Origin: Candidatus Terraquivivens tengchongensis
GTDB lineage: Archaea > Thermoproteota > Nitrososphaeria_A > Caldarchaeales > Wolframiiraptoraceae
Reading direction: 5' to 3'
Length of the DNA: 24,000 nt
Assembly (NCBI GenBank): GCA_023261845.1
Contig: JALNJZ010000001.1
Location: 84,405 to 108,404 of the forward strand
Part shown: positions 17,526 through 24,000 of the stretch, in pieces
Numbering within the stretch: position 1 is the first letter of the stretch
How the letters are laid out: each line of letters begins with the position of its first letter
Notes under the pieces: model-generated
Databases searched by the model: none
What the model saw: only the letters and a program-made list of their open reading frames with translations
What the model was told of the DNA's origin: nothing
Position numbers and translations under genes: made by a program

Positions 17526-18773
17526 TTACTCACCATACATTGAAACCTTGCCGAGATAGTTCATGATTATTGGCATAAGGTCAACTCCCCTTATCCTACC
17601 GAGCGTTCCTGATGCGCAGGATATTTCGTCAAACTTCTCAACATTACCGTACCTTGCACCCGGTGCGTATAAAGCCACGGGAACTGGGTCACCACTATGT
17701 TCTCCAACCTCCGATGGTGTCGTGTGGTCACTCGTTATGGCTATGCATGTCCCTTCCAAGTCTACCTCCGATACGATCGTGGAGAATGCCGCGCTTATTC
17801 TTGATATTATTTCGGCTTTCTTTGTTGGGTTCCTGTCATGGCTTACAACATCCGTTGCTTTAACGTGTACGAAAACAAGATCGTAAACCTTGATTGCGTT
17901 TATTGCTGCTCTCATCTTAGCATCCAGGTTCGTGTCCACTGTGCCGGTTGCACCCTTCACCTCGAGAACGTCAAAACCCACCGCCTTGCATACGCCTTTG
18001 TAAACGGCACCACCCGCTATGGCTGCAGCCTTAATGCCAAATTTTGTCGGAAGCTTTTCTACCATCGGTAAGGTTCCCGCACCCCTTGGCAATATTATGT
18101 TAGCCAGTGGTTGACCACGTTTTTCCCTACGCTTGTTAATGTCATGTTCTGCGAGGATTTTACTTGAAATTTCAACAAACTCATTCAGAGTATCTGCCGT
18201 CTTTTTTGCAGTGGGAGAATCTGTTAATGGTCTGGAGTGTAAGAACTTCACGCCCGTCTTGTGGGGATCGATGTCGGAAACGAACCTTGATAAACCCTCA
18301 CCCCTTAAGACCAGTACACCCCTGTGCTCTACCGTGTGCTTAAACATGATCTCGACATCCGAGTTTCTTACGAGCTTTATACCGTTCAAGCTCTCCGACA
18401 AGACCTTAGCATCTTCATCAGATATCCTTCCTGCCCTTCTGTCAACTACTATGCCATCATTGTTTACCGTGGCGAAGTTGCACCTGAAGGCCACATCGTT
18501 TGGTTCGAGCTCTATGCCAGCGCCCAAAGCCTCGAAGGCACCCCTACCCGTGTAATGCTTGTAGGGGTCGTAACCAAGTATCGCTAGGTGGGCTGTATCA
18601 CTACCAGGCGGCACACCAGGCGATATCGGGTCCATCAAACCGCACTCGCCCCTTGACGCTATCCAGTCGAAGGACTTTGGCCTTGCTGCTTGGAGCGGTG
18701 TGAGTCCTTCAAGCGCTGAGCACCGTCTATCTGCCATACCGTCGCATACTAAGATGATAGCTTTGGATGCCAT
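17526..18773 (-). CDS. apgM: 2,3-bisphosphoglycerate-independent phosphoglycerate mutase, archaeal type
   Basis: N-terminal ILVCDGMADR, internal FVHVKATDVVSHD and ITSDHTTP metal/phospho-Ser region motifs. The length of 415 aa is typical of archaeal ApgM. Confidence 0.88.
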   Translation of the reverse strand: MASKAIILVCDGMADRRCSALEGLTPLQAARPKSFDWIASRGECGLMDPISPGVPPGSDTAHLAILGYDPYKHYTGRGAFEALGAGIELEPNDVAFRCNFATVNNDGIVVDRRAGRISDEDAKVLSESLNGIKLVRNSDVEIMFKHTVEHRGVLVLRGEGLSRFVSDIDPHKTGVKFLHSRPLTDSPTAKKTADTLNEFVEISSKILAEHDINKRREKRGQPLANIILPRGAGTLPMVEKLPTKFGIKAAAIAGGAVYKGVCKAVGFDVLEVKGATGTVDTNLDAKMRAAINAIKVYDLVFVHVKATDVVSHDRNPTKKAEIISRISAAFSTIVSEVDLEGTCIAITSDHTTPSEVGEHSGDPVPVALYAPGARYGNVEKFDEISCASGTLGRIRGVDLMPIIMNYLGKVSMYGE

Positions 18774-18874
18774 GTAAAGCTACACATTACACCGATGCTT
18801 AAGCTTTGCCTAATGGGTTTTTACTCGGAGTCATTCGAAAGAGTACATATTTTTGCTAGTGTTTAAATACCTCG

Positions 18875-19894
18875 TTGAAGTCTGTTAATAAGGGAATGAG
18901 TCAAAAGGAAAAGGTGAAAGAGAAAAAGACATTTATCGATTTAGAGGATTTGCCATCGGTTGGTCAGGCTACAGCAGAAAAGCTTAGGGAGATAGGATAC
19001 AACACAATAGAGGCGTTGGCGACCGCAACGGTATCGGAGCTGATCGCTGCTGGCATCGGGGAGAAAAAGGCGGCGGAGATAATAGCTGCAGCTAGACAGG
19101 CAATAGAGATCTCATGGGTGACGGCAAAGGACCTAGCCTCGCTCAGGATGAACGTCGGCAGGATAACGACAGGTGTCAAGCAACTAGATGCTCTGATAGG
19201 CGGCGGTGTAGAAACGCAGAGCATAACCGAGTTCTACGGCGAGTTTGGTAGTGGAAAGTCGCAACTGTGTCACCAGTTGGCAGTATGCGTACAGCTACCT
19301 ACTGAAATGGGTGGTTTGAATGGTGCGGCGCTTTACATAGATACGGAGAACACGTTCAGGACTGAGAGGATTGAAAGCATCGCAAAACGCTTTGGGCTTG
19401 ACTTTGACGAGGTGTCTAAGAGAATAATCTACGCTGAGGCTTATACTAGCGACCATCAAATGTTGCTACTTGAGAAATCTGACAAGGTGATAAAGGAAAA
19501 CAACGTGAAATTGATAATAATCGATTCGTTGACGTCCCACTTCAGAAGTGAATACATCGGCAGGCAGACATTAGCTGAGAGGCAGCAAAAACTTAACAAG
19601 CACCTCCACAAGCTGATAAGGCTTGCAAGGGCCTTCAATGCAGCCGCCGTGGTTACCAACCAAGTAATGGCAAGACCGGATGAGTTTTTCTCACCGGCTG
19701 CCGTCTCACCAGTTGGCGGACACATAGTCGGCCATACGAGCCATACTAGGATCTTCCTTCGCAAATCTGTCGGCAGGAATATAAGAATAGCGAGGCTTGT
19801 ATCAAGCCCATATTTACCTGAAGGTGAAGCCGTGTTTAAGATAACTGAAAATGGTTTAGAAGATGTGGAGGAGGATGAACTTAAGTCTAGGTGA
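18875..19894 (+). CDS. radA: DNA repair and recombination protein RadA
   Basis: N-terminal HhH domain ([20 protein letters not shown]), Walker [10 protein letters not shown], Walker B LIIIDSL, and VVTNQV. The real start is probably ATG 18896 (MSQKEK...). Confidence 0.93.
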   Translation: MKSVNKGMSQKEKVKEKKTFIDLEDLPSVGQATAEKLREIGYNTIEALATATVSELIAAGIGEKKAAEIIAAARQAIEISWVTAKDLASLRMNVGRITTGVKQLDALIGGGVETQSITEFYGEFGSGKSQLCHQLAVCVQLPTEMGGLNGAALYIDTENTFRTERIESIAKRFGLDFDEVSKRIIYAEAYTSDHQMLLLEKSDKVIKENNVKLIIIDSLTSHFRSEYIGRQTLAERQQKLNKHLHKLIRLARAFNAAAVVTNQVMARPDEFFSPAAVSPVGGHIVGHTSHTRIFLRKSVGRNIRIARLVSSPYLPEGEAVFKITENGLEDVEEDELKSR

Positions 19895-20301
19895 GACGTA
19901 TGTCGCAGCTTAACAAGATGGTAAAAACGTTCTACGTCACACTGTTCAGTGGCAAAATTTCGGAGGCTGAGAAGATTCTGGAGAAAATTAAGAAAAACTT
20001 GAACAATGAAAGTGATGCGGGTTACTACGATGCACTTTACGGCATATACTATGCATACGTAAACGACGATTTCGAATCGTTCGTGTACAAGATTTGGACG
20101 GATGAGAGCCTAAAGAAGCAGAGGAAGAAATTGGCAGAAGAATTCGAGAAAAAGGCAAAGCTACCGTTTACGATAAACCCAGGTTTTTACAGGGCGTGGT
20201 CAGATTTTCTTAACATGCTTCACGAGTTGCCAATTCCTCATAAGATCTCGCAAAGAGAGCCATCACAAGAGGATGTTGTAGAAGAGTATCCAGCTCACTA
20301 A
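19891..20301 (+). CDS. Hypothetical helical protein
   Basis: 136-aa ORF whose start overlaps the radA stop (GTGA), with an alternative ATG at 19900. It has a charged, helical composition and I recognise no family. Its 3' end overlaps the convergent membrane-protein gene. Confidence 0.5.
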   Translation: MRRMSQLNKMVKTFYVTLFSGKISEAEKILEKIKKNLNNESDAGYYDALYGIYYAYVNDDFESFVYKIWTDESLKKQRKKLAEEFEKKAKLPFTINPGFYRAWSDFLNMLHELPIPHKISQREPSQEDVVEEYPAH

Positions 20302-20538
20302 CCAAACGAGGAAGTACGTCGCCAGACCTGTTATGTATGGTTTCCTAGTCTTCAAATAACTCCTTTGCGCCCTGAGTATTACGAATGGTGATAATATACT
20401 GTAAACCACGTAAACGACTATGGCAACCATTATGGCAATTATAGACGTAGGTTCGTGCAACCTTAAGAAAGCTGATAGGAAGCCTATAAAGATTCCCAAA
20501 AAGACCTTAGACCAATACAGTTTATCTTCAGGTTTCAT
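20263..20538 (-). CDS. Small integral membrane protein (3 predicted TM helices)
   Basis: 91-aa ORF with three clear hydrophobic segments separated by short charged loops. No family recognised. Confidence 0.55.
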   Translation of the reverse strand: MKPEDKLYWSKVFLGIFIGFLSAFLRLHEPTSIIAIMVAIVVYVVYSILSPFVILRAQRSYLKTRKPYITGLATYFLVWLVSWILFYNILL

Positions 20539-20552
20539 CGCCCCAAACCTCG

Positions 20553-22493
20553 GTGGGTTTTATGGAAATATCAGTTCTTGAACTTTCCGTTTTGTTAAAG
20601 GAGATGTCGGATGTCCTACTTGGGTGCATAGTGGATAACGTGTATCAGCTTGAGGATGGTAGTATAATCCTTAAGCTCAAGGGTAAAGAAAGTGATTATG
20701 AGCTCAGGGCCTCTGCTGGCAAGTGTTTGTACTTCACACCTCACACCTATCCAAAACCGAAGACACCAACAAGCCTCGCCATGAAACTCAGGAGGTTCCT
20801 GAACGGGAGTAGACTCAAGTGTTTGGAACAGATGAGCAACGAAAGGATTGCCATCCTATGTTTTGAACGGGATAGTAATTTGAAACTAATTGTAGAACTC
20901 ATGCCCAAAGGAAACATAGTGCTCATAGATGAAACGAACAAAATCCTCGTTGCTCTCTTCCACATTAAGATGAAAGATAGAGAAATAGCGGTAGGAAAGC
21001 ATTACGCACCACCCCCACCTAGGTTCTCGTTGACAGATGGTGTTGATGTAAAAAAGATCATGATTAGTGCCGACTCCAAAAAGAAACTGGTGTCTTGGTT
21101 GGCCTCGGAGTTAGGGCTGGGTGGTAAGTATGTTGAGGAAGTAGTCGTGTTAGCAAACGTTGACAAGCACGTACCGGTCCATATGCTTGACGAGGGTGAA
21201 AGACGCAGGGTCGCTGAAGCTATTGAGCGCGTGCTTATCGCATTCAGAGAACCAAAACCCCATATAGCAAGGCGCGACTCAGATGTCAAAGCCGCCCCAT
21301 TTATCCTGAAGAGTCTAGAGCAGAACGGCTACTCTTTCGAGTCGGTTAATTCGTTCAATGAGGCTGTTGCGGCAGAATACGAGAGGTACTTAGTAAAGGA
21401 ATATGAAGAGAAGGTCTTGAGCGACCTCAAGCAGAAGTTAAAGGAAATTCAGGAAAGCATAGAGGCGAAGAAGGCCGCGATTAAAGAATTGGAGGCAAAG
21501 ATTGAACGCACCAAGACTATTGCAGAAAGGCTTTTTCTAGTGTTACATGAAGCAGAAAGCTTTAGGCAATCGATTAAGGAAGGGAGTACCAAATCTACAG
21601 ACGTGCTAAAACTTATCAGCATAGATAGAGCGAGGGGCTTGGCCATAGTCTCTCTCAACGGTTTCGAATTTGAGCTTTCGTTGAACGAGTCGATTCCTCG
21701 ACAGGTTGATAAGATGTTTGATGAAGTGAAGAGGTTAAGGTTAGCAAAGGAGAGGATATTGAGCGAGCTAAACGAGCTAGAATCTGAGATTTCAAAGATA
21801 ACGAGCGAGCTCGAATCGAAGAAGACGTCGAGTTTCGAGCATGTTAAACATAAAGTGCGTGAAAAGAAGAAGTGGTTCGAAAAATTCAGATGGTTCGAGA
21901 CGTCCGAGGGGTTCCTGGCAGTTGCTGGTAAGGATGCGACTTCCAACATCGCCCTACTTAGAAAGCATCTGCAACCCGAGGACCTAGTTTTTCATGCTGA
22001 AATAACAGGCGCTCCTGTCGTCATCTTAAAGGGAGGCAGCATGGCTAGTGAGCGCTCGATAGAAGAGGTAGCTCAGTTTGCTGCATCCTATAGTAGGGCA
22101 TGGCGTGAGGGGCTATCATCGATTAACGTTTATTACGTTAGACCTGAACAAGTGTCTTTCTCAGCACCATCTGGAGAATATCTCCCAAAGGGTTCATTCA
22201 TTGTTACAGGTAAGAAGAATTACATTAAGACAAGGTTGGCAGTGGCATTTGGTCTTCGTAAAAGTGATGGAGCTTGCGAAGTAATCCATGGACCCACATC
22301 TGCGGTAGCGGCCAAGTCTAAAGCCTTTGTTGAGGTAGTACCTGGTAATGAGGGGGCGGGTAGCTTATCGCTAAAGATAGTTGATTTGTTATGCCGTCAG
22401 GCAGGATATGGGCTCAGCGATGAGGAGAAGCGTCCTTTAGCCGCACTGATAGCCCAATTGATACCCTACGGGAAGGGTACTCTACAGAGGTAA
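20553..22493 (+). CDS. NFACT-family protein (Rqc2/NEMF/RqcH/FbpA homolog) with DUF814-type C-terminal domain
   Basis: The N-terminal NFACT-N-like region is followed by a long E/K-rich coiled coil (aa about 280-440). Then comes the WFEKFRWFETSEGFLAVAGKDATSNIALLRKHLQPEDLVFHAEITGAPVVILKG segment typical of NFACT-R/DUF814. The likely start is ATG 20562. Confidence 0.8.
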   Translation: MGFMEISVLELSVLLKEMSDVLLGCIVDNVYQLEDGSIILKLKGKESDYELRASAGKCLYFTPHTYPKPKTPTSLAMKLRRFLNGSRLKCLEQMSNERIAILCFERDSNLKLIVELMPKGNIVLIDETNKILVALFHIKMKDREIAVGKHYAPPPPRFSLTDGVDVKKIMISADSKKKLVSWLASELGLGGKYVEEVVVLANVDKHVPVHMLDEGERRRVAEAIERVLIAFREPKPHIARRDSDVKAAPFILKSLEQNGYSFESVNSFNEAVAAEYERYLVKEYEEKVLSDLKQKLKEIQESIEAKKAAIKELEAKIERTKTIAERLFLVLHEAESFRQSIKEGSTKSTDVLKLISIDRARGLAIVSLNGFEFELSLNESIPRQVDKMFDEVKRLRLAKERILSELNELESEISKITSELESKKTSSFEHVKHKVREKKKWFEKFRWFETSEGFLAVAGKDATSNIALLRKHLQPEDLVFHAEITGAPVVILKGGSMASERSIEEVAQFAASYSRAWREGLSSINVYYVRPEQVSFSAPSGEYLPKGSFIVTGKKNYIKTRLAVAFGLRKSDGACEVIHGPTSAVAAKSKAFVEVVPGNEGAGSLSLKIVDLLCRQAGYGLSDEEKRPLAALIAQLIPYGKGTLQR

Positions 22494-22540
22494 CAACAAA
22501 TTTAATATTCAACACCAATCACTAACCATACAGAGGTCGA

Positions 22541-23128
22541 ATGGTTAAACCAGCATCGCTTGCGGAAGAATTAAGGGTTAAGGACATAATGAGCAGCCCT
22601 GTGATTGATGCCGATGTTGAGGAAACTGCAGAGGATGTTGCAAACAAGATGGTGCGCTATGACATAGGTAGCGTGGTGGTGACTGAGAAGGGCTTTCCGG
22701 TCGGTATAATAACTAAAAGGGACTTGGTATATAAGGTCGTTGCGAAGAACCTGAAACCGAACGAAGTTAAGGCCAAGGACATAATGAGCAGTCCCATACA
22801 TGTTGCAAGCCCAGATGACCTAATAGACAACGCTTTAAAGGAGATGAATAAGCTGAAGATCGACCATCTCGCGGTCGTTCATAAGGATAAGCTTGTAGGC
22901 ATAATCAGCACGACCGATATCTTGCAGGTAACGCCTGAGATACTGGAGATTGTTAGAGAAAAGATGAGAATGGGTAACGTGAGAGTTAGCGGTGAGACCT
23001 ACATAGAAGGATTTTGTGATGCTTGTGGTGAATGGTCGGATATGTTGCTTAGAGTTGACGACCAATACTTATGCGAAGATTGCAGAATGGAGCTAGAAAG
23101 GAGGGGCGGAGAAGAGACAGAGAGTTGA
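22541..23128 (+). CDS. CBS domain pair protein with C-terminal zinc-ribbon
   Basis: Two CBS repeats (VKDIMSSPVI... and AKDIMSSPIH...) and a C-terminal CDACGEW...CEDC four-Cys ribbon. Confidence 0.8.
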   Translation: MVKPASLAEELRVKDIMSSPVIDADVEETAEDVANKMVRYDIGSVVVTEKGFPVGIITKRDLVYKVVAKNLKPNEVKAKDIMSSPIHVASPDDLIDNALKEMNKLKIDHLAVVHKDKLVGIISTTDILQVTPEILEIVREKMRMGNVRVSGETYIEGFCDACGEWSDMLLRVDDQYLCEDCRMELERRGGEETES

Positions 23129-23565
23129 TTCAAGAGAAGAGGTTCTTGGTCAACTCCATGTTGGGAAGTCTTGTAACTTGGCTTAGAATTCTAGGCTATG
23201 ATACAGAATACTGGAAGGGCGAAGATAAGGAAATGATTGAGGTGGCGAAGAAGGAGGGCAGAATAATTTTAACAAAGGACAAGGGTGTTGTGAAATCTGC
23301 TGAGAAGAACGGCATACCTGTGCTCGGTTTAACGGATTCGGATATACCGGAAGCTCTTGCGACCGTTGCCGAAGCTTTTGAGATAAGCTTAGAATTTGAC
23401 GGAAAAAGGACACGTTGTCCTATATGCAATACACCCTTAAAGAGTTACGGCTCCCGTTGGTTCTGCGAAGGATGCGGTAAGGAATACTGGATAGGGAGTC
23501 ATTGGGTCGATATAAGCAGGAAGCTCTCGGAGGCAAGAAGGATATACTTGGAACGCAAAGTTTAA
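23125..23565 (+). CDS. Mut7-C / DUF82 PIN-like ribonuclease-domain protein with C-terminal zinc-ribbon
   Basis: FLVNSMLGSLVTWLRILGYDT, ILTKDKG and RCPICN...CEGCGKEYW match the Mut7-C family layout. The ORF in the track starts at ATG 23071, but homology begins near 23143. TTG 23125 overlaps the upstream stop as TTGA. The start is uncertain. Confidence 0.7.
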   Translation: MIQEKRFLVNSMLGSLVTWLRILGYDTEYWKGEDKEMIEVAKKEGRIILTKDKGVVKSAEKNGIPVLGLTDSDIPEALATVAEAFEISLEFDGKRTRCPICNTPLKSYGSRWFCEGCGKEYWIGSHWVDISRKLSEARRIYLERKV

Positions 23566-23615
23566 GACAACGATACATTAAAACAGATAATAATAAGCTC
23601 TTCAACATTCTGCCC

Positions 23616-23999
23616 GATGGGTATGCTAAGCTTGGACGATGGTATAAAGATTGTAAGGCTTGCAAGGACAGCAATAGAAGAGTATCTAAAATCTAACAAG
23701 ATATATACAGTAGCCGAAGAGTGGGGAATTCCAAAAAAGGAAACAGGAGTGTTCGTCTCACTTTACACATATCCTGAAGGTGAGCTCAGGGGTTGTATAG
23801 GCTTTCCTCTACCCGTGATGAGTCTTCCAGAAGCTGTGGTGAAGGCCGCGATTGCTGCTGCAACTGAAGACCCCAGATTCCCACCTGTAGAACTCGCAGA
23901 GATGGATAAGATCGTGATAGAGGCGAGTGTGCTGAGCGTTCCAGAGAAAATAGAGTTCATGAATCCAAGGGAGTTACCTTCCAAAATTCTCATAGGGAG
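23616..23999 (+). CDS. AMMECR1 domain protein, N-terminal part (runs off the window)
   Basis: ATG at 23616, and the frame stays open to the last base. Translation: MGMLSLDDGIKIVRLARTAIEEYL...GVFVSLYTYPEGELRGCIGFPLPVMSLPEAVVKAAIAAATEDPRFPPV. It contains the AMMECR1 signature LRGCIG and DPRF. It is absent from the ORF track because it has no stop codon. Confidence 0.85.
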
Positions 24000-24000
24000 G

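Noticed and set aside
21449-21949. 166-aa antisense ORF inside the NFACT/Rqc2 gene
   Set aside because: It mirrors the E/K-rich coiled-coil region. The complementary codons give a Ser/Leu/Phe-rich low-complexity product, which is the expected antisense artefact. The sense strand has clear family motifs.
23502-23696. 64-aa ORF bridging the Mut7-C 3' end and the AMMECR1 5' end, and minus-strand ORFs 23420-23674 and 23763-23993
   Set aside because: They overlap well-supported family-matching frames (Mut7-C and AMMECR1) and show no recognisable features.
10381-23999. AmmeMemoRadiSam system (AMMECR1 + Memo + radical SAM) involving the radical SAM gene at 10381-11598 and AMMECR1 at 23616-23999
   Set aside because: The two genes are 12 kb apart on opposite strands with unrelated genes between them, and no Memo-like gene is visible. 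A partner may lie beyond the window end, but nothing here supports linkage.

Overview
Chromosomal segment of an archaeon, probably a hyperthermophile of the TACK/Crenarchaeota-like lineage. Support: ribosomal proteins S25e and L13e, RadA, RFC small subunit and archaeal-type ApgM are present, and the protein-coding DNA is AT-rich while the 16S rRNA and tRNAs are very GC-rich. By my count the printed sequence ends at base 23999. Order of content: (1) a peptide/nickel-type ABC importer operon with a substrate-binding-protein tail, two permeases and two ATPases; (2) RFC small subunit and two small orphan ORFs; (3) a stand-alone 16S rRNA gene on the minus strand with tRNA-His upstream and no 23S downstream; (4) a divergent pair of paralogous small membrane proteins; (5) tRNA-Arg(CCU); (6) a TatD hydrolase, a multi-cluster radical SAM enzyme, an atypical AEP primase-like protein, a Cys/Met PLP enzyme and an HTH-CBS regulator; (7) L13e, an AT-rich islet with a GT2 glycosyltransferase, and S25e; (8) a cyclophilin-like protein, ApgM, RadA and two small ORFs; (9) an NFACT/Rqc2 homolog, a CBS-Zn-ribbon protein, a Mut7-C/PIN-like protein and the start of an AMMECR1 protein. 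No CRISPR array, integrase, transposase or obvious defence island was seen. Most notable: three genes (both permeases and the glycosyltransferase) are each interrupted at a homopolymer one base too short. The 16S gene carries a roughly 33-nt GC-rich insertion in a normally invariant region. It is flanked by a textbook bulge-helix-bulge processing stem. The primase-like protein lacks the usual Zn knuckle and has a long C-terminal extension.
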